From Ignavibacteriota bacterium (GTDB lineage Bacteria; Bacteroidota; Ignavibacteria; UBA10030; CAVZMI01), in NCBI GenBank assembly GCA_963776275.1, contig CAVZMI010000038.1, positions 37,239 to 101,238 on the forward strand: 64,000 nt of DNA. The letters run 5' to 3'. Below the pieces are notes generated by a model. It was not told the origin of the DNA and ran no database searches. It saw only the letters and a list, made by a program, of their open reading frames with translations. Both the position numbers and the translations under genes were made by a program. Below, in pieces: positions 9,875 to 19,167 of the stretch (the first letter of the stretch is position 1; every line of letters starts with the position of its first letter).

Positions 9875-11290
9875 ATGCTTGTACAGCAACAAACAATCAA
9901 AGCGCCCGTCTCATATTCCGGAGTCGGCCTTCATACCGGTAATCAGTGCACTATGCGGTTTATTCCCGCACCCGAAAATTACGGCATTCGATTTAAACGA
10001 ATCGATGTAGGAGGAACACCAGAAATTCCGGCCGATATCGACCATGTTGTCGATATTGCTCGCGGTACGACGCTAGCCGTTGGCGATATCCGTGTTCATA
10101 CCGTCGAACATGTTCTTGCCGCGCTTGCCGGATTGCAGATCGATAACGTGATGATCGAACTCGGTAACAGCGAGCCGCCCGTTGGTGACGGAAGCTCGCT
10201 GCCTTATGTTGAGGCGCTCCTTAGTGTCGGACTCGAACGCCAGGATGCACCAAAAGATTTCCTCGTGATCGATGAGACGATTCAATATTCCGATGAAAAC
10301 CGTGGTGTCGAGATTGTTGCCCTGCCCACCGACGATTACCGGATCACGGTGATGGTTGATTATCACAATCCGGCTTTGGGGAGCCAGCATACGGGTCTTT
10401 TTAATCTTGAAAAAGAATTTGTCAAGGATTTCGCACCGGCACGAACATTCTGTTTCCTTCACGAGGTCGAGCTGCTCCGCGAAGCGGGATTAATCAGGGG
10501 AGGAAATCTCGATAATGCCGTTGTGATCGTCGATCGGGAGCTTTCTGACGAAGAAATCAAGACATTATCGGTGAAACTCGGCATCGAACAGGCTGTCATC
10601 CTTGGAACGAATGGTATTCTTAATAATAAATCGCTTCGATTCAAGAACGAGCCGGCACGACACAAACTGCTCGACATGATGGGCGATCTCGCACTTATCG
10701 GAGTACCGCTCAAAGCGCAAATCCTCGCTGCGCGGCCCGGTCATGCCGCCAACATCGAGTTCGTACGGAAAATTCGTAAGCTCTATCAGCAGAAAAAACT
10801 TGTTAAGAAATACCAGCATGAGAAAATAGAGGGAGTGGTGTTCGATGTTAATGCAATCAAGCGAATACTCCCACACCGGTATCCGTTTCTTCTCATTGAT
10901 AAAATCATCGAGTTTGTTCTCGACGAAAAGGTTGTCGGTGTAAAGAATATCACGGCCAACGAGCCGTTCTTTGAGGGCCATTTCCCCGGTCAACCGGTGA
11001 TGCCGGGTGTTCTTATCATCGAAGCCATGGCACAGACCGGTGGAATTTTGCTGCTGAATGGTTTGGAGAATCCGGGTTCGAAGCTGGCGTTTTTCCTGGG
11101 TATCAATAATGCAAAATTCCGGAAGCCGGTTCTCCCGGGCGATACGCTGGTGCTGGAACTGCAAATGGTCAGCAAGCGGTCAAGGATATCAATCATGACC
11201 GGCAAAGCCTATGTCGATGGCACGCTCGTTGCCGAAGCGGAGCTTTCGGCCATGATCACTGATCGGAATATTCCGGCTGAACAGATGTAA
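9875..11290 (+). CDS. lpxC-fabZ: Bifunctional LpxC deacetylase / FabZ dehydratase
   Basis: GVGLHTG, TVEHVLAAL, RHKLLD, then LPHRYPFLLID and GHFPGQPVMPGVL. Confidence 0.96.
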   Translation: MLVQQQTIKAPVSYSGVGLHTGNQCTMRFIPAPENYGIRFKRIDVGGTPEIPADIDHVVDIARGTTLAVGDIRVHTVEHVLAALAGLQIDNVMIELGNSEPPVGDGSSLPYVEALLSVGLERQDAPKDFLVIDETIQYSDENRGVEIVALPTDDYRITVMVDYHNPALGSQHTGLFNLEKEFVKDFAPARTFCFLHEVELLREAGLIRGGNLDNAVVIVDRELSDEEIKTLSVKLGIEQAVILGTNGILNNKSLRFKNEPARHKLLDMMGDLALIGVPLKAQILAARPGHAANIEFVRKIRKLYQQKKLVKKYQHEKIEGVVFDVNAIKRILPHRYPFLLIDKIIEFVLDEKVVGVKNITANEPFFEGHFPGQPVMPGVLIIEAMAQTGGILLLNGLENPGSKLAFFLGINNAKFRKPVLPGDTLVLELQMVSKRSRISIMTGKAYVDGTLVAEAELSAMITDRNIPAEQM

Positions 11291-11402
11291 GAAAAAGGAT
11301 AAGAAAGAGGAAAAGGTAAAGGTTAAGATAGAGATCAAGAAATAGTCCCGAAGGCCTACGGCCCGTAGGGGACACCGTATTTATAGAAGTACCGACCGTA
11401 TG
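11291..11402. repeat. Purine-rich hexamer run followed by nested palindromic REP-like unit (GTCCC..CCTACGG-CCGTAGG..GGAC)
   Basis: aaggtaaaggttaagatagagatcaag and gtcccgaaggcctacggcccgtaggggac. Confidence 0.5.
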
Positions 11403-11448
11403 AGGTCAAAATTACATAACAAAAGACGAAAGAAAAACAAGTTCATTT

Positions 11449-12258
11449 ATGCCTCTTACAATCGATTCTCATGCAATCATCAGCCCGAAGGCCGTTCTTG
11501 GTGATAATGTCGCTGTCGGGCCTTTTACCGTCGTTGAAGATGATGTAGTTATTGGAAACAATACAGTGATTGCACGGCATGCATTGATCTCTTCAGGTTC
11601 ACGGATCGGGAATGACTGCATTATTCATCACGGTGCCGCAATCGGAGGTCCGCCGCAGGATTTGAAATATAAAAATGAAAAAACGGAATTAATCATCGGC
11701 GACCGTACCATCATCCGCGAGTTCACAACGCTGCATCGTGGAACAACCGCGCACTGGAAAACAGTCATCGGCAGCGATACGTTTATCATGGCCTATGCTC
11801 ACGTCTCCCATGACAGCTCAATAGGAAGTCATTGCATCATCGCAGGTTCGGTGACGATGGGCGGACACGTAGAGGTCGAAGACTGGGCAATCGTAGGAGG
11901 ATTGACGGCCATTCACCAGTTTATTAAAATCGGCGGACATGCAATGGTCGGCGGTAATACAGGAGTAGGAAAAGATGTCCCACCCTACGTAATGGCTGCG
12001 AATGAACCATTCCGGTACGAAGGTTTAAATATTATCGGACTGAGACGAAGAGGATTTCAGAGTGATATTATCGACGCCCTGAAAGCTGCCTACGGAATTT
12101 TGTATTCCGGTAAGTATAATGTCTCTGTAGCAGTCGAACATATCAGGCAGGAAGTTCCCCAGATTCCGGAAGTTCTCAATGTCATAGAATTTATCACACA
12201 AAAAAGTACGCGTGGAATCGTCCCCGGTCCGTGGATGGCACACGCTGCAGGTTCATGA
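11449..12258 (+). CDS. lpxA: Acyl-ACP--UDP-GlcNAc O-acyltransferase
   Basis: PQDLKY, IREFTTLHRGT, YAHVSHD, GLRRRGF. Confidence 0.95.
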   Translation: MPLTIDSHAIISPKAVLGDNVAVGPFTVVEDDVVIGNNTVIARHALISSGSRIGNDCIIHHGAAIGGPPQDLKYKNEKTELIIGDRTIIREFTTLHRGTTAHWKTVIGSDTFIMAYAHVSHDSSIGSHCIIAGSVTMGGHVEVEDWAIVGGLTAIHQFIKIGGHAMVGGNTGVGKDVPPYVMAANEPFRYEGLNIIGLRRRGFQSDIIDALKAAYGILYSGKYNVSVAVEHIRQEVPQIPEVLNVIEFITQKSTRGIVPGPWMAHAAGS

Positions 12259-13031
12259 TCTGGCAATTCCTCAATACTGGAGCACAGAACGGGCAGTCCA
12301 ATATGGATATTGATATGGAGCTTGCCCGCAGGCTTCAACAGCGGCTGGGGAACCAAACACTCCGCCTCTACAGTTGGCGACCATATGCGATTTCTCTCGG
12401 GTTCAATCAACGCATCGATGATATTGATGTCGGTGCATGCGCGGCCGCGGGTATCGGTATAGTCCGTCGGCCCACAGGAGGGCGCGCTATTCTCCATGGA
12501 GAAGAACTGACCTACAGCGTGGTGATGTATTCCGAAGGAAGAAATACTATGAAGGCATATCACGATATTGGAACGGCTCTTATTCGTGGTTTGCAGAAAC
12601 TCCATCCTGAAATTCATATGGGGCAGCTTCAGCCCGATTTCCCCGCCCTCTATCGCCAACCTTCTTCTGTGCCCTGTTTCAGCAGTACTGCCCGTTACGA
12701 GATACAATATCACGGAAAGAAATTGGTCGGCAGTGCACAGCGGCGTTTCACGGTCGTATCTCGACAGAGTCGGGACGAGCCGGAAATCATTCTTCAGCAC
12801 GGGTCGATTCTAATCGGACCCGAACATCGCCGTCTGGCAGAATTCATTCGACCGGGAAGAACGACAACCGAAAGCATCCGGCAAACAATTATCGATAGAA
12901 CGACCGAACTTTCGACTATTCTTCAAAGACGGGTTTCGTTTGATGAGGTTGCAGAAGTAGTCAGGAATGGATTTGAGGAAGAATGGAATATAGCTTTTGA
13001 ACATTCAACAACAGAAAGTGTGACGGTATGA
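12255..13031 (+). CDS. Lipoate-protein ligase A / LipM family
   Basis: VRRPTGGRAILH, KKLVGSAQRR, LQHGSI. Confidence 0.9.
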   Translation: MIWQFLNTGAQNGQSNMDIDMELARRLQQRLGNQTLRLYSWRPYAISLGFNQRIDDIDVGACAAAGIGIVRRPTGGRAILHGEELTYSVVMYSEGRNTMKAYHDIGTALIRGLQKLHPEIHMGQLQPDFPALYRQPSSVPCFSSTARYEIQYHGKKLVGSAQRRFTVVSRQSRDEPEIILQHGSILIGPEHRRLAEFIRPGRTTTESIRQTIIDRTTELSTILQRRVSFDEVAEVVRNGFEEEWNIAFEHSTTESVTV

Positions 13032-13843
13032 ATGCTCCGGGTAAGTATAAAAAGATTACCTCGAAAACAATTCGAGAGATGAAGAAACAGGGAGAAAAAA
13101 TCGTTGCGCTGACCGCATACGATTTTCTTCTTGCTAGGTTACTCGATAAGAGCGGGATCGATATTGTGCTCGTAGGCGACTCGCTCTCTAATGTTTTTCA
13201 GGGCAACGAAACGACATTGCCAGTAACGGTTGATGAAATGATCTATCATACAAAAGCAGTGCGGCGCGGAGTGCACCGAGCGATGGTCGTCGTCGACATG
13301 CCATTCCTCTCATATCAGATTAATGAAGAAGAGGCGCTGCGGAATTGCGGAAGGGTACTCAAAGAGAGCGGTGCCGAGGCGGTGAAAATCGAGGGCGGTA
13401 ATGTTATCGCATCGGTTGTGAAACGGCTTGTTGCAGCTGGAATCCCGGTGATGGGACATCTGGGACTTACACCGCAGTCGATTCACGTCTTTGGAGGGTA
13501 TGATCTTCAGGCGCGGAATTCTGAGGCGGCTGTGGAGCTATTGGACGATGCGCACGCGCTTCAGGATGCCGGTGCATTTGCGATCGTTCTTGAAAAAATC
13601 CCTGCGAAAGTTGCGATCGATGTATCGCGCTCGCTTGAAATACCTACCATTGGAATCGGTGCCGGTGCCGGATGCGACGGCCAGGTGCTGGTAACATATG
13701 ATATGCTCGGATTGAACGAAGAATTCCGTCCGAAATTCGTCCGCCACTATATCGAGGGTTCGAAATTGTTCTCCGATGCCTTCGAACGGTTTATCAATGA
13801 TGTTAAGAAAGGCAAGTACCCCTCGGAAAGCGAAAGCTACTAG
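13028..13843 (+). CDS. panB: 3-methyl-2-oxobutanoate hydroxymethyltransferase
   Basis: LTAYD, LVGDS, MGHLGLTPQS, IGIGAG...DGQVLV. Confidence 0.97.
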   Translation: MNAPGKYKKITSKTIREMKKQGEKIVALTAYDFLLARLLDKSGIDIVLVGDSLSNVFQGNETTLPVTVDEMIYHTKAVRRGVHRAMVVVDMPFLSYQINEEEALRNCGRVLKESGAEAVKIEGGNVIASVVKRLVAAGIPVMGHLGLTPQSIHVFGGYDLQARNSEAAVELLDDAHALQDAGAFAIVLEKIPAKVAIDVSRSLEIPTIGIGAGAGCDGQVLVTYDMLGLNEEFRPKFVRHYIEGSKLFSDAFERFINDVKKGKYPSESESY

Positions 13844-13847
13844 CTAA

Positions 13848-13984
13848 TGTGCCCCCACTCTGTGTCCTTATAAATCGGATTTTAGATCTCTGTGAACTCC
13901 GTGGTTATATTTTATCAATGGGAAAATATAAACCCAGAGCCTACAGAGTACTCTAAAAACAATCGTAAACGAGGGCACAGAGTA
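13848..13984. repeat. CTCYGTG / CACRGAG family inverted element (copy 2, degenerate)
   Basis: ctctgtgtcc, ctctgtgaactccgtggtt ... gagggcacagag. Confidence 0.55.
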
Positions 13985-14094
13985 TTATCCTTCACTGTAG
14001 ACCCTACATCAAGTTTGAAGAATTTACAAGGATAAATATCCCCATCTTTATCTAATAATAGAAAGACTATTTTCCCATCCTGTAACATATTAAT

Positions 14095-14156
14095 AATCAA
14101 TAACTTATAGCTTTTCAAAGAACCAGACTTCTCTTTTTCTCTGGCACGTTCTTAGC
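14095..14156 (+). promoter_or_regulatory. IHF site plus sigma54 (-24/-12) promoter of TPR gene
   Basis: AATCAATAACTTA (14095-14107) matches WATCAANNNNTTR; TGGCACGTTCTTAGC (14142-14156) has GG-N10-GC. Confidence 0.6.
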
Positions 14157-14195
14157 GTATATATATTCCAGAAATCTGGAAAAGGAGCGACGAAC

Positions 14196-14996
14196 ATGAA
14201 AACGACAGGGAACATGCAGGAGAAGATGGGAAAAAACATGATGCGCATGTTGGTGGGTGTTTTCTTTGTCATGCTTGTCGGTGGGACGGCAAGCTTAATG
14301 GGTGGGAGAGGAAGCGATCTCTACGCGCCGGAATTCCGGACTCTACGTGAAGAGCTGGCGGAAGGCGGAAACGTCGCTCGTGCAATCCGGATTTACAGAA
14401 TGTTTGTGAAGGTCGACGATGAAGATCTCTTTGCACATTATGAATTGGGGAACGCTTATATATACGCAGGGGAATATGCAAAAGCCGAGGGTGAATATCG
14501 TCGTGCTATTAGTCTCGATCCGAAATTTAGTCCTGCATATGCGGGGTTGGGAAATGCGCTGGTGATGAGGAGCAAAGCAGAGGAAGCGCAGAGAGTGTAC
14601 GAGCAATCCATCGAGATCTCGAAAAATGAACTGAGAACAAGTGTAACTCTGTGGACGATGGTTGCTCAAACTGGCAGCATTGAAGTAGCGATCAGGGCAT
14701 TCAAATACAAACTCGAGAGCAAAGGACAACTGGGTAGTTCCTATCTCGGGCTCGGGATTGCCCAGGCTGCCAGTCGGATGAATCAGGACGCGATTCGGTC
14801 ATTTCAAATGGCACTTCGGTATTCCCCTTCGCTCTATCAGGCATATGTTCAGTTAGGAAAAGTGTACGAATCGATGGGAGAGCATACAAAAGCTCTTGCA
14901 TTGTTTGCCAAGGCCTCAAAACTCGATCAATCTACGAAAAATGCTCGGTATACTCCATATACTGCACCGGTAACACTTTTAGCGTCAGCCAGATAG
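14196..14996 (+). CDS. Exported tetratricopeptide repeat protein
   Basis: Hydrophobic N-terminus; TPR helices (AHYELGNAY..AEGEYRRAISLDP, AYVQLGKVY). Confidence 0.85.
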   Translation: MKTTGNMQEKMGKNMMRMLVGVFFVMLVGGTASLMGGRGSDLYAPEFRTLREELAEGGNVARAIRIYRMFVKVDDEDLFAHYELGNAYIYAGEYAKAEGEYRRAISLDPKFSPAYAGLGNALVMRSKAEEAQRVYEQSIEISKNELRTSVTLWTMVAQTGSIEVAIRAFKYKLESKGQLGSSYLGLGIAQAASRMNQDAIRSFQMALRYSPSLYQAYVQLGKVYESMGEHTKALALFAKASKLDQSTKNARYTPYTAPVTLLASAR

Positions 14997-15019
14997 GTAT
15001 TCATTAGTCCTCCTCATTT

Positions 15020-15059
15020 AGAGCGCACCTCGAATGGAATCGAGCGTGCGCTTTTTTTA
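15020..15059 (+). terminator. Intrinsic terminator after TPR gene
   Basis: GAGCGCAC..TCGA/TCGA..GTGCGCT stem followed by T-run. Confidence 0.7.
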
Positions 15060-15062
15060 TCC

Positions 15063-15150
15063 AGTCACGGAGTGACGGTAGCAAATAATCCACGACGGAA
15101 TTCGTGGGGATATCTAAAGCCACATCACTCAAAGAGCCACGGAGTGGCGA
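15063..15150. repeat. REP-like palindrome cluster (GTCACGGAGTGAC / CCACGA-TCGTGG / GCCACGGAGTGGC)
   Basis: Three short hairpins; the first and last are related. Confidence 0.55.
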
Positions 15151-15363
15151 AAGAACTTAGAAGCTGTAAACCCTTCAAAAGCTTTGAAAAATCTATAAGA
15201 ATTGCATACTTCTCAGAATCCCTCAGAATTTCTCCCTTTTAAATGTCTCCATATCGCACTTGTTTTCAATGGCTTAGGTGATGATCAGGAATGATAGCTC
15301 CCGGATGAACCTGGCATGCTATTGGAACCTTTTTTGATAGTAATAAGTGGGAGGAAACAGTAC

Positions 15364-15798
15364 ATGAATATTAAATCAACACGTAGATGGATTTTCGTTG
15401 CATTTGCATGGGTAGCAGTGATCTATGTGGGTACGAGTTCTCCGTTGATGGCCGGGACGGTAACCAGAGCGTTATTCGGTAATTATGATGGGATGATACG
15501 TTCTCTCGGGCATATGTGCGAATTTTTCATACTGACGTTCATACTTTATGGAATACTCACCTCGCGTCGGTTATACGGGTGGAAAGGCGTAGCTCTTGTG
15601 CTATTTATTGCAGCAGTCGTTGCATTCCTGGATGAATATCACCAGCTTTTTGTTCCGGGGAGAAGTTATAAAAATGTCGATATTGTAAAAGATATGATTG
15701 GCGTCTGTAGTGCGCTTGTAATGGCTAAAATCCCTCAGATAAGGAGAAAGATATTCAATGAGAAGCCGCGATACCGGCGTGTTGCATATTACATATAA
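15364..15798 (+). CDS. VanZ-family membrane protein
   Basis: GHMCEFFIL and FLDEYHQLFVPGRS..DIVKD motifs; GGGAGG RBS before 15364. Confidence 0.85.
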   Translation: MNIKSTRRWIFVAFAWVAVIYVGTSSPLMAGTVTRALFGNYDGMIRSLGHMCEFFILTFILYGILTSRRLYGWKGVALVLFIAAVVAFLDEYHQLFVPGRSYKNVDIVKDMIGVCSALVMAKIPQIRRKIFNEKPRYRRVAYYI

Positions 15799-15835
15799 GT
15801 CTAAAACCATATAAATTCTCTTTAAATTCATCTCT

Positions 15836-15868
15836 GACGCGCGTTCATAAGGACGCGTTTTTTTTTGA
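15836..15868 (+). terminator. Intrinsic terminator after VanZ gene
   Basis: ACGCG(C)GT..ACGCGT stem plus long T-run. Confidence 0.55.
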
Positions 15869-15914
15869 TTATTCGATAATCGTATTATTTGAGGGAAATA
15901 CATTTCATAATTCC

Positions 15915-16050
15915 TTGACTTTTATCACAGATTTTTTAAAATTAATGTAATTAACGTGGCAGACCGCGTTTAGGCTTTAAAAAAGCTGGAACTGCCTCCC
16001 CCTCCGGATTGTTGGCTCTATGGTTTTCGGAGAGCCGGTGGGGAGAACCC
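15915..16050 (+). promoter_or_regulatory. Promoter and structured leader of the polysaccharide locus (ops-like hairpin)
   Basis: TTGACT-16-TAAAAT; AACGTGG-CAGA-CCGCGTT hairpin; second long stem CTCCCC..GGCTCT/AGAGCC..GGGGAG. Confidence 0.45.
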
Positions 16051-16146
16051 ATAAAAAAGTACTTTCCTTGCGAGAATTTTCGTTTTTTATTGTTGTTGAC
16101 TATCATACGTTTCGGTGAATAAACTAAAAGAAAGGTATACTGGGGC

Positions 16147-18504
16147 ATGAGTTCTCAAAGCAAAGTGACGTACATGGGAGAATTGGACTTCCATGATTAT
16201 TATCAAATCATCTACCGCGGCCGCTGGATCATCCTCTTCTGCTTTCTCGCCATAGTGCTTGCGACAGCTGTCTATACGTTCTCAAGCAATTTTATTTATC
16301 AATCGACCGCCTCCGTGTCTGTCGATCTTCGAAATCCTTTGACCCGCATGAAAACAATCGGGACTACACAGGAATACCCGATTTATGATCCCGAGCGTAT
16401 AGTGAAAAATGAGGTCGAAGTTCTCAAGTCCCGTTTTCTTGCGTATGCGCTGGCAAAAGAGCTGTTAAAGCGAGAATATATAGATTCGATTTCTAAAGAA
16501 CCCATCCGGATCATCCATCGTAACCGCGATGGTAGTGCCCCGCTCATGGATGCGGATATCATCACACTCCTTATTCAATCGGATATTACAATCACTCCGA
16601 GCAGGGATGCTGACTTTATCGAAATTACAGCACGTAGTAGTACGCCCCAGGAAGCCGCATTATTGGCGAATATGTATGTTGATGCCTATTTTAACAATAA
16701 TGTGTCGGCGAGCCGGCTGCGATCGCGGAGCGTTCGTGAATTCTTGGAGGGACAGGTCAAGGCAAAACAGGTAGAACTCACATCGGCTGAGTTAGCGCAG
16801 AAAGATTTCATGGAACGTGAACGGATTGTATCGCTCGATGATGAATCAAAAAAGATCATTGATATTCTTTCGCGCTTCCAGGCGGCACGGGATGAGGCAA
16901 TGATTGAATCAGAAGCAATCGGGAGACTATTGGTTTCTTATCAGGACCAGCTCGAACTGGTTGAACCGCAAACCGCGAAAAATATTGCCTCGGCAGGAGA
17001 TAAATATATCGAACAACTCCAGACAGAAATTGCTCGTCTCGAGGTCAATCGCGATGTTATTATTGCTCAGAATCCACAGACGGCATCCCTGCAGATATAT
17101 AACCAGCAGCTTCGCGAAACAGAAAATCAGATAAATTCTCTCCGTGAAAAACTGAAAGAAAAGACCGATGAATTAATGAAGACCTCCATTCCGGACCAGC
17201 CTTCAAGTGGACAAACGGGAGCATTTGGATATATCAGAGTATTGAAAGAAAGGATTATCGATTGTCAGATTAAAAAGCAGGCTTACAATTCACGTATCAA
17301 GATCCTGACCGAAATAATCAGGCAGTATGAAGGACAATTCAATCGTCTGCCGGGCCGTAGTATGAGGTATGCGCAACTTCAGCGTAATAAATCGACGAGT
17401 GAAAAAGTGTACCTGATGGTCTCGGAAAAATTTCAGGAAGCATTCATTGCAGAGCAGTCGGAATTTGGTTATATCAATGTTCTTGATCGAGCCGAACCTG
17501 CCTTTCAGCCCGTGAGCCCGAAAATTTTCATGAATATGGCGTTGGCAGTGTTAGGAGGGATTATCCTCGGCCTCGGAGTTGTTATTTTGCGCGAGTTAAT
17601 CGACAGCCGTGTCCGTAGTCCCGAAGATGTGAAGAAACAGGGATTGGTAACACTGGCGCTCGTCCATAATTTTGATACTATTCAGGAAGTTAAAGAAAAT
17701 ATTATGGGGGGAAATGGGAGCGGATACCCTTCCGGTGAATTTCAAAATGGAGCAATGAATCTTAAGAAGTCGCTCGTCGTCTATTATAATCCAATGTCGC
17801 CGGTCGCCGAGTCGTTCCGACGGCTGCGTACGAGTCTCTTTTTTGCATCGCCTGAAAAACCCCTCAAGAGCATACTTGTTACAAGTGCAGAACCGTCAGA
17901 AGGTAAGACAACGATTGTAGCAAATCTTGCATTGACGTATGCTCAATTAGGGAAAAAGACGCTTATAGTCGATGGCGATCTTCGCCGGGGGGCGTTGCAT
18001 AAGTTTATCGGTGGAGAAAAATCGCCCGGACTTACGGAGTTTTTGACCGAAGAATCAAAATTTGATTCTGTTATTGCGAAAACGAACATCGATGATCTAT
18101 CGTTCGTCGGATGCGGATTGCATTCACCGAATCCTGCAGAACTTTTAAGTACTCCTCTGATGCATTCCTTCAAAAAAAGCACTGAAAAAGCATACGATCT
18201 GGTGATCTACGATTCGTCGCCTCTCCTTCTGGTCACAGATGGCCTAGTTCTTGCCTCACTTGTTGATGGAGTGATTCTCGTGGTACAATCCGGAGAAACT
18301 CGGACTGCAGTACTTGAAAAGTCTATTGAAATGTTGCAACAGGTTGGAGCTAATATTATTGGTGTTGTAGTAAACCGATTCGATTATCGCAGCACACTTC
18401 ATTCATACTACAAATCATATACATATTATACATATGAAGCTCCGGGCGAAGAGAATGGAAAAACAAGGCAAAGCCGGAAACGTAAAGAAGTGAAGAGGGC
18501 ATAA
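16147..18504 (+). CDS. wzc: Polysaccharide co-polymerase / BY-kinase (Wzc/GumC)
   Basis: Two TM segments flanking a coiled periplasmic domain, AESFRRLRT, Walker A SEGKTT, IVDGDLRR, Tyr-rich tail. Confidence 0.93.
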   Translation: MSSQSKVTYMGELDFHDYYQIIYRGRWIILFCFLAIVLATAVYTFSSNFIYQSTASVSVDLRNPLTRMKTIGTTQEYPIYDPERIVKNEVEVLKSRFLAYALAKELLKREYIDSISKEPIRIIHRNRDGSAPLMDADIITLLIQSDITITPSRDADFIEITARSSTPQEAALLANMYVDAYFNNNVSASRLRSRSVREFLEGQVKAKQVELTSAELAQKDFMERERIVSLDDESKKIIDILSRFQAARDEAMIESEAIGRLLVSYQDQLELVEPQTAKNIASAGDKYIEQLQTEIARLEVNRDVIIAQNPQTASLQIYNQQLRETENQINSLREKLKEKTDELMKTSIPDQPSSGQTGAFGYIRVLKERIIDCQIKKQAYNSRIKILTEIIRQYEGQFNRLPGRSMRYAQLQRNKSTSEKVYLMVSEKFQEAFIAEQSEFGYINVLDRAEPAFQPVSPKIFMNMALAVLGGIILGLGVVILRELIDSRVRSPEDVKKQGLVTLALVHNFDTIQEVKENIMGGNGSGYPSGEFQNGAMNLKKSLVVYYNPMSPVAESFRRLRTSLFFASPEKPLKSILVTSAEPSEGKTTIVANLALTYAQLGKKTLIVDGDLRRGALHKFIGGEKSPGLTEFLTEESKFDSVIAKTNIDDLSFVGCGLHSPNPAELLSTPLMHSFKKSTEKAYDLVIYDSSPLLLVTDGLVLASLVDGVILVVQSGETRTAVLEKSIEMLQQVGANIIGVVVNRFDYRSTLHSYYKSYTYYTYEAPGEENGKTRQSRKRKEVKRA

Positions 18505-18557
18505 TACTGAATAGATATCATGTAATTTACTTTAACGCTGACAGAGGAAACGTCGAT

Positions 18558-19046
18558 ATGAGTAACACAAAAAGGATAATTTTCGCTATTCTGCTTTGTC
18601 TTTTTTCAATTTCTTTTACCCAATCACAGGTCGCTACTGTTATTGGAAGTACATCTTTTTATAAACTTACAAAGCCAGGCGAGTACTCGATCACTGTAAA
18701 TCTATGGGGGTATGTTCGGAACCCTGGACGGTATGAAGTACCCAGCGATTGTGATATTGTTCAATTAATATCCTTCGCCGGTGGTCCGTCGAACCATGCC
18801 GATCTGGAAAATATAAAATTATATCGTATACGTCCGGACTCCGGCTTGATATCGAAGCAGGATCTCACCTTAGTCAACCTGGAGGATATGCTAAGGTCAA
18901 AGAATCGGCCGATCCTTCTCCAACATAGTGATACCATCATCCTTGAACCGACAAGCTACCCATTCTGGATGGATGTCCTTGCAGTTTTTAGAGATGTTTC
19001 CTGGATTATTTATTCGGTAGCGGTCGTATATCAAATTTTGAAGTGA
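18558..19046 (+). CDS. SLBB-domain polysaccharide export protein (short Wza-like)
   Basis: VNLWGYVRNPGRYEV..LISFAGG SLBB motif, signal peptide, C-terminal amphipathic/hydrophobic helix. Confidence 0.75.
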   Translation: MSNTKRIIFAILLCLFSISFTQSQVATVIGSTSFYKLTKPGEYSITVNLWGYVRNPGRYEVPSDCDIVQLISFAGGPSNHADLENIKLYRIRPDSGLISKQDLTLVNLEDMLRSKNRPILLQHSDTIILEPTSYPFWMDVLAVFRDVSWIIYSVAVVYQILK

Positions 19047-19167
19047 TCTTAATATAAAATTATTGTTTCATTCGAAGAAATTTGTAGAATATAAATTTTT
19101 CGCCTTACTCCATGGTAGTATCCACGAACAGATCTATGAGTAATGCTCTGGTGTTGAAAGGAGATCT

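Noticed and set aside
6372-12800. Long antisense ORFs over bamA, lpxC-fabZ and the lipoate ligase
   Set aside because: Shadows of well-supported plus-strand genes.
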